Shown one piece after another: positions 19,501 to 28,734 of a stretch of DNA of 57,913 bases. Below the pieces are notes generated by a model. The model had not been told where the DNA came from. It did not search any database and saw nothing but the letters and a program-made list of their open reading frames with translations. A program made the translations under genes and the position numbers. Each line of letters starts with the position of its first letter. The stretch's first letter is position 1. Source of the DNA: an uncultured Armatimonadia bacterium (lineage in GTDB: Bacteria > Armatimonadota > Zipacnadia > Zipacnadales > UBA5352); NCBI GenBank assembly GCA_964617715.1, contig CAZTZN010000008.1, positions 1-57,913 of the forward strand, given 5' to 3'.

Positions 19501-19589
19501 GCGCCGGCGCAAACCGGTCGCATCCTGCTTTTCCTGGGCGCCATCATCACTGAGCGCAGTCCCATATAGATGCACCCGGAGGTGGGATC

Positions 19590-19901
19590 ATGCCGAAAGC
19601 GCGTTGGACGCAGCTCGGACCGCCGGTGTCGCCACGTGTAGTGTTCGTGCGTGGCATCGGCGATGTGCGGGTCACCCAGCAGGACATCGACACGTACGGT
19701 CCGATGCCCGGCGACCCCGAGGTGATATGCGAGCACGTGGCCGACGACCCCGAAGCAGGCTACCGCATCGTTGGCCTCGCACCGTCCGTGCCAACGGTGG
19801 CGGACCAGCCCAGGAGCGAGCCCGTTCTGGCGTCGAAGCGCCCGGCTCGGCCTCAGCGCCCGCGCAAGCGCAGTTGGCTGGACGTTCTGCTGCGTCGCTA
19901 G
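19590..19901 (+). CDS. Small hypothetical protein
   Basis: GGAGGT SD, 103 aa, own upstream promoter-like region. Confidence 0.65.
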   Translation: MPKARWTQLGPPVSPRVVFVRGIGDVRVTQQDIDTYGPMPGDPEVICEHVADDPEAGYRIVGLAPSVPTVADQPRSEPVLASKRPARPQRPRKRSWLDVLLRR

Positions 19902-20109
19902 GCGACGACAGGCACTGACTTGCGCACCGGGATCGGCGGCCGCCCGCCGCCGGGGGGGGGAGACTACCTCGTACGGCTGCCCCTCACCCGCCCCCTGAAG
20001 GATTCCGCGCCGTCGCGCCGAAGCTCTGCCCATGCCGCAGGAGACGCCGCCGGCCCGAGCCGACTGGCTGCCGGACCACGGCGCACGCAGTCCACGGAGG
20101 TACCGGGCA

Positions 20110-21144
20110 ATGGCTGAGGAGAAGATCGGTTGCGCGATATTCGGGGCCGGATGGGTGGCCGATGAGCACATCAACGCCTACCTGGCCGACCCGCGTGCCG
20201 AGGTCGTGGCCATCGGCAGCCGGCGCGAGGCCAGCGCACGGGCCGCAGCCGAGAGAGCGGGCTTGAGCGACGTTGCCATCTACACCGACCTCGACGAGCT
20301 GCTCGCCGATGAGCGCGTGGATGCGCTGTCCATCACCGGTCCCAACCACGTGCACGTCGAGCACGGCGTGAAGGCCTGCGCGGCGGGTAAGCACTTCATC
20401 ATCGAGAAACCCATCGCCATCGACCTGCCGGGCCTGCACGCGCTGCGTGATGCGGTCGCTGAGTCGGGTGTGCGTACCGTGGTCAGCTTCTGCCTGCGCT
20501 GGAATCCCTCGCTGATCAACACCGCACAGTTGGTGCGCGCCGGGGCGATCGGCGCGGTGTTCTATGCCGAGGCCGACTATTGGCACGGGGTGAGCGACTG
20601 GTACAGCGGCTGGGAGTGGGCGCGCACTAAGGCCAGCGGCGGCTCCAGCTTCCTGTTCGGCGGCTGTCACGCGGTGGACGCCATCCGCTGGCTTGCCGGG
20701 TCGGACATCGTGCAGGTCTCCGGCGCCTGTGCCGGCGGCTGGGACGATCGCTACGAGTACCCGGCGACCGTGGTCGGCACGGTCAAGTTCGCCTCCGGGG
20801 CCATCGGCAAGCTGTCATCGTCGGTGGACTGTGTCCTGCCCTATCAGTTCAACATTGACCTGATGGGCGATCAGGGCTCGATCCGCGACAATCGCGTCTA
20901 CTCGAAGGTGCTCTTCCCCGAGCAGTCGAGCTGGGCAGAGATCCCGGCGGTGCTGCCCGACTCCGGCGACGTATCACACCATCCCTTCCGCGGCGAGATC
21001 TCGCATTTCCTCGACTGTGTTTTGAGCGGCGAGGACTCCTACGTGGACGTCGCCGACGCGGTCAACACTCACGAGGTGTGCCTGGCGATGGACCTCTCCG
21101 CCGAGCGGGGCGGGGCGGTCATCGACCTGCCACTGGAGGGCTGA
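20110..21144 (+). CDS. Gfo/Idh/MocA family oxidoreductase
   Basis: IFGAGWVA, GKHFIIEKPI, GGSSFLFGGCHAVD; GGAGG SD. Confidence 0.92.
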   Translation: MAEEKIGCAIFGAGWVADEHINAYLADPRAEVVAIGSRREASARAAAERAGLSDVAIYTDLDELLADERVDALSITGPNHVHVEHGVKACAAGKHFIIEKPIAIDLPGLHALRDAVAESGVRTVVSFCLRWNPSLINTAQLVRAGAIGAVFYAEADYWHGVSDWYSGWEWARTKASGGSSFLFGGCHAVDAIRWLAGSDIVQVSGACAGGWDDRYEYPATVVGTVKFASGAIGKLSSSVDCVLPYQFNIDLMGDQGSIRDNRVYSKVLFPEQSSWAEIPAVLPDSGDVSHHPFRGEISHFLDCVLSGEDSYVDVADAVNTHEVCLAMDLSAERGGAVIDLPLEG

Positions 21145-21527
21145 TGCCCGTGGACGTGCAGCATGGCGCGGATCTCGCCGCCCGACTGACGCGACTGCGG
21201 CAGGTTCTGCCTGACGTGAGGGGGGTCGCACTGGCGACGCGCAGCGGGCTGCTGCTGGCGACGGACGTGGACGAGGGCGCCGACGCCAACGCGCTGGCGG
21301 CGTTGGGCGCGGATCTACTGGCATCCGCCGAGGCGACGGCGCGCGGCCTGGCCGCCGGCGAGCCGCGAGAGGCTACCGTGCGCGGCCCTGCGGCCCACGT
21401 GATCGTGCTCGCCGCCGGCGAGAGCGCGGCGCTGGTGGCCATCACCGACGCGCTGACACCTGCGGCCAGCGTGCTCCCGGATCTGCGCGCGACCGCGCGC
21501 GAACTGGCGGAGGCGCTGGCGGGATAG
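21144..21527 (+). CDS. Roadblock/LC7 (MglB-like) domain protein
   Basis: VRGVALATRSGLLLA..ALAALGA..GEPREATVRG..VIVLAAGESAALV; TGATG overlap with the upstream gene. Confidence 0.8.
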   Translation: MPVDVQHGADLAARLTRLRQVLPDVRGVALATRSGLLLATDVDEGADANALAALGADLLASAEATARGLAAGEPREATVRGPAAHVIVLAAGESAALVAITDALTPAASVLPDLRATARELAEALAG

Positions 21528-21574
21528 GGGGCGACGGCCCGCACGAAGACGCGAACTGCAAGGAGGCGTTTGCC

Positions 21575-22648
21575 ATGATGCGTCCACGAGTCGGGGCGAT
21601 CGCGGTCGCTGCCTTGGCCGCGTTGCTCTCCTGTTCCCTCGTTCAGGCCGACGACGCTGCGCTGCGCGTGATGGGTGGCGCCGTCGCCCCGATGGACGAA
21701 CACCCCGCCATCAGCATGGACCGGTGCATCATCAACGCCGACGTGTACGCCGACGAGAGCCTGGTCCGATGCAAGTTCGTCTTCCGCAATCACGGGCCTG
21801 CGACCGCCGCGCTCATGGGGTTCCCGGCGCGCGGAGCCTACGGAGACAGCGGACGGCCCGGCTACTCGCCCCACCTCGAGGACCTGCGCACCTGGGTGGA
21901 CGGTGAGGAGGCGGACGTGGACCTGCGTCCGGGCGTGCAGGAAGACGGCGGGCAGCCGGCCACAAGCTGGTACACCAAGCGCGTGCGCTTCGCCGCCGGG
22001 CACACGCGCGTCGTGCGCGTCGAGTACACCCAGCCCAACGGCCAGGACTCGGGGGGCGGGCGCTGGTTCCGCTACGCGGTCACCACCGGCGGCTCGTGGC
22101 GCGGGCCGATCGGCGCGCTGCAGGTCACGCTGCGCTGGATGGAGCAGTGGTCGTGGGATCCCCAGCAGCACTCCTTCGCTCGCTGGCGCTTCCGGCTCTC
22201 CGAAGACGGCCGGCGGGCGAGTTGGATGGGCACGGACGTGGATCCGCGCCACGACATCAGTTTCGCCTTCTTTCCCGGCTGGCGGGCGCATCTCGCGGAC
22301 AACGCCTGGCTGGTGCGTCCCTACGAGAGCGGCGACTTCGACGTCTCGCTCTTCCATCTCAGCGACATTCTCCGAGCCGACAAGCGCTGGGATGCCGAGA
22401 CGCGGAGTGCACAACTGGTACTCGACGACCTCACCGTGCTGGCCTTCTCCGAGGGCGCGCAGAGCGTCAGAGTTGAGGAGCCCTGGGGCGAGGGCGCTGT
22501 TTCGGCGGTGGTCCTGGCCCTTCCCCGCCCGACATACCACGTGGGCGACCGCCTCTGGACACCTGCCGCCAACCTCCTGCGTTACCTCGGCTATCGGACG
22601 ACGACGGACCGCGTGGCCCACCGCATTGACATCAGCCGCGCGCGGTAG
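21575..22648 (+). CDS. Exported protein, DUF4424-like N-terminus, copper-amine-oxidase-N-like C-terminus
   Basis: Signal peptide; FVFRNHG..MGFP, YAVTTGGSWRGPIG; C-terminal WDAETR..RLWTPAANLLRYLG. Confidence 0.6.
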   Translation: MMRPRVGAIAVAALAALLSCSLVQADDAALRVMGGAVAPMDEHPAISMDRCIINADVYADESLVRCKFVFRNHGPATAALMGFPARGAYGDSGRPGYSPHLEDLRTWVDGEEADVDLRPGVQEDGGQPATSWYTKRVRFAAGHTRVVRVEYTQPNGQDSGGGRWFRYAVTTGGSWRGPIGALQVTLRWMEQWSWDPQQHSFARWRFRLSEDGRRASWMGTDVDPRHDISFAFFPGWRAHLADNAWLVRPYESGDFDVSLFHLSDILRADKRWDAETRSAQLVLDDLTVLAFSEGAQSVRVEEPWGEGAVSAVVLALPRPTYHVGDRLWTPAANLLRYLGYRTTTDRVAHRIDISRAR

Positions 22649-22705
22649 TGGCGGTCGCGCCCGCGACCGGGGTGATCTCCGTCGCGCAATCCTTCGCCGA
22701 ACGCG

Positions 22706-24430
22706 TCACTCCCGGGCGCAGTCGTGGAGCAGACGGTAATGCCTTTCGGCCGACAACTCCGCGACGGCCACCTGGTGGGCCAGGCAGCGGCCCTCGACGT
22801 CGGCCAGACAGGCCGGGCGCGAGAGTTCGATGCGGCAGTCCTGGTCAGACCACACGGTGTCGCGGCCCTCGAAGTGCAGGGTGCACTCGGGAGGGTCGAT
22901 GGCGATCACGTAGAGGTCCTCGGTGGCGTGCCTCTCGATCACGTCCAGCCACAGGTCGAGGCTTTCGGGCGAGTGATCGCCGGTCCCGAGGTAGATCGCC
23001 CCGGTCGGGTGGCGGATGAAATGCCGCGCGGTCTGCACCGCAATCGAGCTGAAGCCCTTGACGCCGTAGACGAGCTGCGTTGCCACCAGTGGCGCCTCGC
23101 CGGTCTCGAAGGCGAGGTCGCGGAGCATATTCACCGTCGTGCCACGCCGGTCAAGCTCGCGGCCGAGGGTCTCCCATCCGAAGTACATACGCTCCTTGAG
23201 CACGAAGTCGGCCACCGCGAGCGCGTCATAGTAGTCATTGCCCAGCGTCCCCACGATGGCCTCGGGATCGGCCGCATGGACCGCGTCGCAGATCTCACCC
23301 AGCAGCTTCCAATGCGCCCAGGCGAGTGAGTGCTGGGCGTCGGGCACGTTGCCCCCGCGCCTGCCGGTGTCATCGGTGAAGAAGTTGGTGCCATCGAAGA
23401 ACAGTCCGTCGAATCCCGCCTCGATGGCCTCGACCGCACGGCGCACGAACAGCTCGCGCACCTCCGGCCGCCGGATATCGCCCAGCAGCCAGGGGCCGTT
23501 CGGCGAGGCCGGCGCGGTATACAGCCCGCCACCCGAGCCGGCCATGCCGATCTCGGCCTCCGACCCGTCAGTGACCTGCGCTGAGCCGCGCCGCAGCGCG
23601 CCCAGATACTGGTACGCCAGCACGCGGATGCCGCGCTCGTGGAAGATCGGAGCGATCCAGTCGGCCGTGCCGATCTCGCGCACGATCACCGCGTCGTAGT
23701 GACCGGCGAGGGCGTCGGCGATCTTCGCGTACCGCTCGCGCCCGTACTCCACGGCGGTCCAGCCCCGGTAGGCGCACTGCGTCATCGTTCCCGGCACCGC
23801 GAGGGGTGGCCGGTCGCGCTGAAGCAGCCGATAGCCCTCTGACCCCGCCGCGACGCGCAGCCGCATTTCAACCCTCTCACCCGCCTGCAGTGCCAGCTCA
23901 ACAGTCGCCCCGTCCGCGCCGTCATTCAGATACCGATGAGCGAGCAGCAACGCTTCGACCCGCCCGTCATCACATGCCTGCAGGCGCAGCGACCACAGCT
24001 CGTGCGTGTCCACCGCGAACCACCGCGCGCCCGCCCTGACCATGGGGGCCGCCAGACGCGGGAGGTTCATGACGTTGCGCCTGCCCGAGTAGGTCCAGTC
24101 ATAGGGATAGCGCAGAATCACCGGATCCGCCAGATCCGTGGCCGAGTATTCCCGCAGGGCCGGCGCGCACGGCATGATGGTCGGGGCGATGAGCGCAACG
24201 CCAACGCGGTACGTGTCGTCGGCAGGCGCTTCGAACCGCATCACGATCGCGCCATCGAGCTGCTCCAACGAGACGGCTGATGCGTCTGCCTCCCGCCCCC
24301 CAGTTGCCAGCCACGGACGCACCTCGACCCCATCAGGCAACCGCGCCCCTGCGTGCGCTGCCCCCAGCGTGATCAACGCCACTGAGATCGCCATGATCGC
24401 TCCCTGTCGGCGATGGGCACCCATCGACAT
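22706..24430 (-). CDS. Exported hypothetical protein with glycoside-hydrolase-like TIM barrel
   Basis: Signal-like N-terminus; VLAYQYLG, DIRRPEVRELF..AGFDGLFFDG; start approximate. Confidence 0.55.
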   Translation of the reverse strand: MSMGAHRRQGAIMAISVALITLGAAHAGARLPDGVEVRPWLATGGREADASAVSLEQLDGAIVMRFEAPADDTYRVGVALIAPTIMPCAPALREYSATDLADPVILRYPYDWTYSGRRNVMNLPRLAAPMVRAGARWFAVDTHELWSLRLQACDDGRVEALLLAHRYLNDGADGATVELALQAGERVEMRLRVAAGSEGYRLLQRDRPPLAVPGTMTQCAYRGWTAVEYGRERYAKIADALAGHYDAVIVREIGTADWIAPIFHERGIRVLAYQYLGALRRGSAQVTDGSEAEIGMAGSGGGLYTAPASPNGPWLLGDIRRPEVRELFVRRAVEAIEAGFDGLFFDGTNFFTDDTGRRGGNVPDAQHSLAWAHWKLLGEICDAVHAADPEAIVGTLGNDYYDALAVADFVLKERMYFGWETLGRELDRRGTTVNMLRDLAFETGEAPLVATQLVYGVKGFSSIAVQTARHFIRHPTGAIYLGTGDHSPESLDLWLDVIERHATEDLYVIAIDPPECTLHFEGRDTVWSDQDCRIELSRPACLADVEGRCLAHQVAVAELSAERHYRLLHDCARE

Positions 24431-24629
24431 GTCCTTCATGTCCCTCCGAAGAGTCGGCTCTGCGCGAGCACCGGTTCGCCCAGCTCTCGCCATGGACCTT
24501 CGCGCACGCAGGGGCGGCGGCTCCGCGGGCCTGCGCAGTTGACGCGCCGGCGAGGGCGCGCCCAGATCGTCCTTGAGGCACCGCTGACCCGAGTGGCCCC
24601 GGCATGACGGGCGACCGTCCGGGGCTTGC

Positions 24630-24659
24630 TTGACTCGGCGCGCGCGGTGTGAGTATAAT
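24630..24659 (+). promoter_or_regulatory. Sigma70 promoter for mlaEFD
   Basis: TTGACT-18 nt-TATAAT, near consensus, about 48 nt upstream of the start codon. Confidence 0.7.
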
Positions 24660-24706
24660 CGACTTGACGCGCTCAGGCGCACCAGCTAGGTCACGGAGCC
24701 TCCAGC

Positions 24707-25480
24707 GTGCTGTCAGCCATCGCGGCCCTGGGCAGTTATGTCCTCAGGGGCCTCGCTTTCTTCGGCGAAACGTCCGAACTGCATCTGCGCACACTTGTGC
24801 ACGTGTCACGAGGCAATATCGAGCTGCACCCGACGGTGCTGCAGATGGCCAACGTCGGGGTCAGCTCGTTGCCTATTGTTGCCGTGACCATGCTCTTCTC
24901 AGGCATGGTGTTCGCCTATCATGTCGCCGATCAGGCCGCGACGCTGGGCGCGTCGCAGTATGTGGGGTGGGCGGTGGCCGAGACCATGGCGCGTGAGCTG
25001 GGGCCCGCGCTGACCGCGATCGTGGTGGCGGCGCGCGCCGGCTCGGCGATGGCGGCAGAACTCGGTACCATGAAGGTCACCGAGCAGATCGACGCCCTGC
25101 GCACCATGGCCACTGATCCGGTGCAGTATCTGGTGGTGCCGCGCTACATCGCCGCACTGTTCACAGTCCCGATGCTCGTCCTGATCGCCGACGTCATCGG
25201 CGTCTCCGGCGGCTGCATCATGACCACGGCGACTACCGGAATGACGGCCGGCCAGTATTTCGGCAGCATTCCCGGAAATCTGGCGATGTGGACCGTCGGC
25301 GCAGGCGTGATCAAGGGCATCTTCTTCGGGATTATCATCGCCATCATCGGTTGCCACCAGGGGCTCTACACTGAGAAGGCATCCGAAGAGGTCGGCCACG
25401 CGACCACACGCGCGGTGGTCTACTGCATCATGCTGATCTACATGGCCAACCTGGTGCTGACCGTAATACTCTTCCCCTAG
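24707..25480 (+). CDS. mlaE: MlaE-family ABC permease
   Basis: RELGPALTAIVVAARAGSAMAAELGTMKVTEQIDAL, VGHATTRAVV. Confidence 0.93.
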   Translation: MLSAIAALGSYVLRGLAFFGETSELHLRTLVHVSRGNIELHPTVLQMANVGVSSLPIVAVTMLFSGMVFAYHVADQAATLGASQYVGWAVAETMARELGPALTAIVVAARAGSAMAAELGTMKVTEQIDALRTMATDPVQYLVVPRYIAALFTVPMLVLIADVIGVSGGCIMTTATTGMTAGQYFGSIPGNLAMWTVGAGVIKGIFFGIIIAIIGCHQGLYTEKASEEVGHATTRAVVYCIMLIYMANLVLTVILFP

Positions 25481-25505
25481 CGGGACGACCGCAGAGGCTG
25501 AGACG

Positions 25506-26378
25506 ATGTCTGACACCGAGCATACCGTCGCGGTCACCGAGCGCCCCGCCGGGGCGGCGTCTCAGCCGGAGTCGGCGGCATGCGCGCCGGCGCCGGAGGG
25601 CCGCGAGGGGCAGCAGCCGCTGCTGTCCGTGCGTGACGTATCCCACACACTCGGCGACGCTCAAGTCCTCGAGGACATCAGCTTCGATGTCTTCCCGGGG
25701 GAGATCTTCGGGATCATGGGCATGTCGGGCTCGGGGAAGACCACCCTGCTGCGCCTGCTCATCGGGCTCGAGCGGCCCACCCGCGGACACATCTTCTTCA
25801 AGGACCAGGACATCACCCGCCTCGATGAGTTTGGACTCAACGAGGTACGCAAGTCCATGGGGATGTGTTTCCAGTACTCCGCCCTGTTCGACTCGATGAC
25901 CGTCGCCCAGAACGTGGCCTTCGCCATGCGCAATCGGCGCGACATGTCACGCGAGGAGATCGACGCGCGCGTGAGCGAGCTGCTTGAGCTGGTTGAGATG
26001 GAGGGCACCCAGCAGCGCATGCCCGCCGACCTCAGCGGCGGCATGAAGAAGCGCGTCGGCATCGCGCGTGCGCTCATGGAGCAGCCCGAGCTGGTGCTCT
26101 ACGACGAGCCCAGCAGCGGACTTGATCCACTCATGGCCTGCAACATCATGGGCCTGATCAAGAAGGTGAGCGAGGACCTGGGATCGACCGCAGTGGTCGT
26201 GTCGCATGACGTTGACCACCTGCTGGCGATCGCCGACCGGGTCCTCATGCTCCACGATGGTCGCGCGCAGGTGATCGGGACGCCTGATGAACTGAGGGCG
26301 TGTGAGATACCGATCGTCCACCGGTTTGTCCACGGCGTCGCGAACGGACCAGGCACGGAGTTCTGCCCCGAGAGGTGA
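25506..26378 (+). CDS. mlaF: MlaF-family ABC ATPase
   Basis: GMSGSGKTT, FQYSALFDSMTV, LSGGMKKRVGIARAL, LYDEPSSGLDP. Confidence 0.93.
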   Translation: MSDTEHTVAVTERPAGAASQPESAACAPAPEGREGQQPLLSVRDVSHTLGDAQVLEDISFDVFPGEIFGIMGMSGSGKTTLLRLLIGLERPTRGHIFFKDQDITRLDEFGLNEVRKSMGMCFQYSALFDSMTVAQNVAFAMRNRRDMSREEIDARVSELLELVEMEGTQQRMPADLSGGMKKRVGIARALMEQPELVLYDEPSSGLDPLMACNIMGLIKKVSEDLGSTAVVVSHDVDHLLAIADRVLMLHDGRAQVIGTPDELRACEIPIVHRFVHGVANGPGTEFCPER

Positions 26379-26384
26379 ACGGCG

Positions 26385-27962
26385 GTGTCGGCAGAGGCCA
26401 AGGTGGGCTTGCTGGTGATTCTGGTGGCCCTGCTGGCGGTGGGCGTGGCCATCTTCCTCAGCGACGCGCTGCGCAACTGGCGCGCCTACACTATTACCGT
26501 GCAGTTCGCGGATGTGCACGGCCTCAGGAAAGGCGACGGCGTGCGTCTGGGCGGCTACACCATCGGCACCGTCAGGGAACTCAGCATCAACCACGACCCC
26601 GACTTCCCCGGCAAGCCCGTGGCTGTGACCTGCACCATCTCCGACCCCGACGCCATACTGTTCCGGGGCGACACCTTCATGATCATGCAGGGGGCGCTCG
26701 TCGGCGACAAGCACGTGGCAATCGTGCAATCGGAGAAGGGGCAACCGCGTGAGCGCCTCAAGGACGGTGACGTGGTCGAGGGGAGCGGCGCCAGCACCGC
26801 CGAGGTGGTCATGGATGAGGCACGACTGCTGATACTCTCGGCCCGCACCGCGCTCAAGTCGGTCAACGCCATGCTGTCCGATGCGCAGATGCAACAGGAC
26901 CTCAAGAGCACGGTCGCCAACCTGCGCACGGCCACCCGGCAGGCGGCGACCGTATCCGCGCAGGCGGTTAAGGTAGTGGAGACCTTCGCACGTGCCGGGC
27001 AGGCCAACGAGGCCCGCCTGGCCGCTATCATGGAGAACATCATCGCCGCCTCCGACGATATCGCCGACACCACACAGCGTGTGCACGACATGATCGCCAT
27101 CACTCCGGTGCCCGCACAGGTGGCGGCCGCGGGCGAGAACCTGGTGCGCGCCTCCGAGGATCTGGCCGCCATCGCCGAAGACGCGCGCACGCGCGTCGAG
27201 GAATCGACCATCGATCAGGACGTCGAACAGGTGCTGGCCAATCTGCAGGAGGCCAGCCAGAGCATCCGCGAAATGTCGGCCAGCGCCGCCGAGCTGGCCG
27301 GTGACGAGCAGCTCGCCGGCGACATCCGGGCCACGGTGGAGAACGCGCGCGCGGCGTCCGAGCGGCTCAAGGCCGCCGCCGAACAGGCCGAGGCGCTGCT
27401 CAGCGACGAACAGATCAACGAGGACTTGCGCGCCACGATTTCGAGCCTGCGGGAGACAGCCGAGGCCAGCACCGCGACCATGCAGCGCGCAGATCGTGTG
27501 ATGAGCGACATCGAGGGCACCATGGAGACGGTGCGACACACCCAGGAGATCGTCACCGACATCGACACCCGCGCGCGCGTGCAGTTCCGACAGCGGATCG
27601 ATGGCGGCTTCCATGCCGACGCCGCCTTCGACCTGCGGCCCCACCCCGAAAGCCGTACGGCCTGGCGGGTGGGCCTGCGCGACATCGGCGACACCGACGC
27701 CCTGGATCTGCAGTACTGCGAACTCAGAGGGGACGATGTGATGCGCGCCGGGCTGTTCGGCGGCAACCTGGGGATAGGCTACGACTGGAATGCCTGGCAG
27801 AACATCGGCCTTGAGGCTGAACTCAGCGACCCCGATGAGTTGCGCCTCGATCTGCGCCTGCGGCTGAGCGTGCAGCGTGAGTACGGCCTGTTGCTGGGCA
27901 TTGAACACGTTTTCGATGACGCCAACGCGATGCTCGGCTTTCGCTACACTTCACAGTACTAA
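26385..27962 (+). CDS. mlaD: MlaD/MCE protein with long helical stalk and C-terminal beta-rich domain
   Basis: N-terminal TM (EAKVGLLV); FADVHGLRKGDGVRLGG..IGTV and GALVGDKHV MCE motifs; Ala/Glu-rich repeats; C-terminal beta strands. Confidence 0.85.
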   Translation: MSAEAKVGLLVILVALLAVGVAIFLSDALRNWRAYTITVQFADVHGLRKGDGVRLGGYTIGTVRELSINHDPDFPGKPVAVTCTISDPDAILFRGDTFMIMQGALVGDKHVAIVQSEKGQPRERLKDGDVVEGSGASTAEVVMDEARLLILSARTALKSVNAMLSDAQMQQDLKSTVANLRTATRQAATVSAQAVKVVETFARAGQANEARLAAIMENIIAASDDIADTTQRVHDMIAITPVPAQVAAAGENLVRASEDLAAIAEDARTRVEESTIDQDVEQVLANLQEASQSIREMSASAAELAGDEQLAGDIRATVENARAASERLKAAAEQAEALLSDEQINEDLRATISSLRETAEASTATMQRADRVMSDIEGTMETVRHTQEIVTDIDTRARVQFRQRIDGGFHADAAFDLRPHPESRTAWRVGLRDIGDTDALDLQYCELRGDDVMRAGLFGGNLGIGYDWNAWQNIGLEAELSDPDELRLDLRLRLSVQREYGLLLGIEHVFDDANAMLGFRYTSQY

Positions 27963-28065
27963 CAGCACGCCGGGGCCCGCGCTTGCCCCGGCCGATCCTG
28001 CATGAACTCAAGCCCGGCCACAGCGGGCCTCGCGGCACGCGCCGGCCGGCATCGGGAGGACATCA

Positions 28066-28689
28066 ATGAAGGTCATACTGCTGTCGGACGTGCCCCGCGT
28101 CGGTCATGAGGGCGACGTCATTGACGTCGCCGACGGCTACCTGCGCAACTACCTCGAGCCCCGGGGACTGGCGATCATCGCCACCCGCGGCGCGCTGCGC
28201 GACCTGGAGAGTCGGCGCGAGGCCATCGCTCGGCGTGACGAGCAGAAGCGCGAACGCGCGCGACAGCTCGTCGATGAGCTGCGCGAGCGCCGCATCGTCG
28301 TCAAGGCGCCTACCGGTGAGGGCGGCCGCCTGCACGGCACCGTCACCACCGGGCAGATCGCCGAAGCCGCTGAGGAGCAGCTCTCGCTGATCATCGATCG
28401 GCGCGATATCGACATCGCCGAGCCGATCCGTGAACTCGGGGACTACCTCATCACCGCCAAGGTCTACAAGGACGTCGAGGCCCAGTTGCCCGTACGCGTC
28501 GTAGGGCTCGACGGCGAGGAGCGCACCGTCGAAGAGGTCCTCGAGGAAGCGGCCGAGGAATACATCGCCGAGACGGAGGGCGAAGAAGCCGTCGAGGAAG
28601 CCGCCGACGAAGCGACCTCCGACGAGCAGGCCCCCGAGGAGGTCGCGGTCGAGGCTGAGGCCAACGAGGACGCGGACGCTCAGCAGTAG
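28066..28689 (+). CDS. rplI: 50S ribosomal protein L9 with acidic C-terminal tail
   Basis: MKVILLSDV..G..GDVIDVADGYLRNYL, GEGGRLHGTVT, EPIRELG. Confidence 0.96.
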   Translation: MKVILLSDVPRVGHEGDVIDVADGYLRNYLEPRGLAIIATRGALRDLESRREAIARRDEQKRERARQLVDELRERRIVVKAPTGEGGRLHGTVTTGQIAEAAEEQLSLIIDRRDIDIAEPIRELGDYLITAKVYKDVEAQLPVRVVGLDGEERTVEEVLEEAAEEYIAETEGEEAVEEAADEATSDEQAPEEVAVEAEANEDADAQQ

Positions 28690-28734
28690 GCTCGCGCACA
28701 TGGTGCGGCGTGACCATCGCGGGTGGAGGCGCTC

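Noticed and set aside
19500-19545. GCAAACC resembling a c-di-GMP-I riboswitch
   Set aside because: No GNRA-capped P2 stem or downstream GCAAAG/receptor elements.
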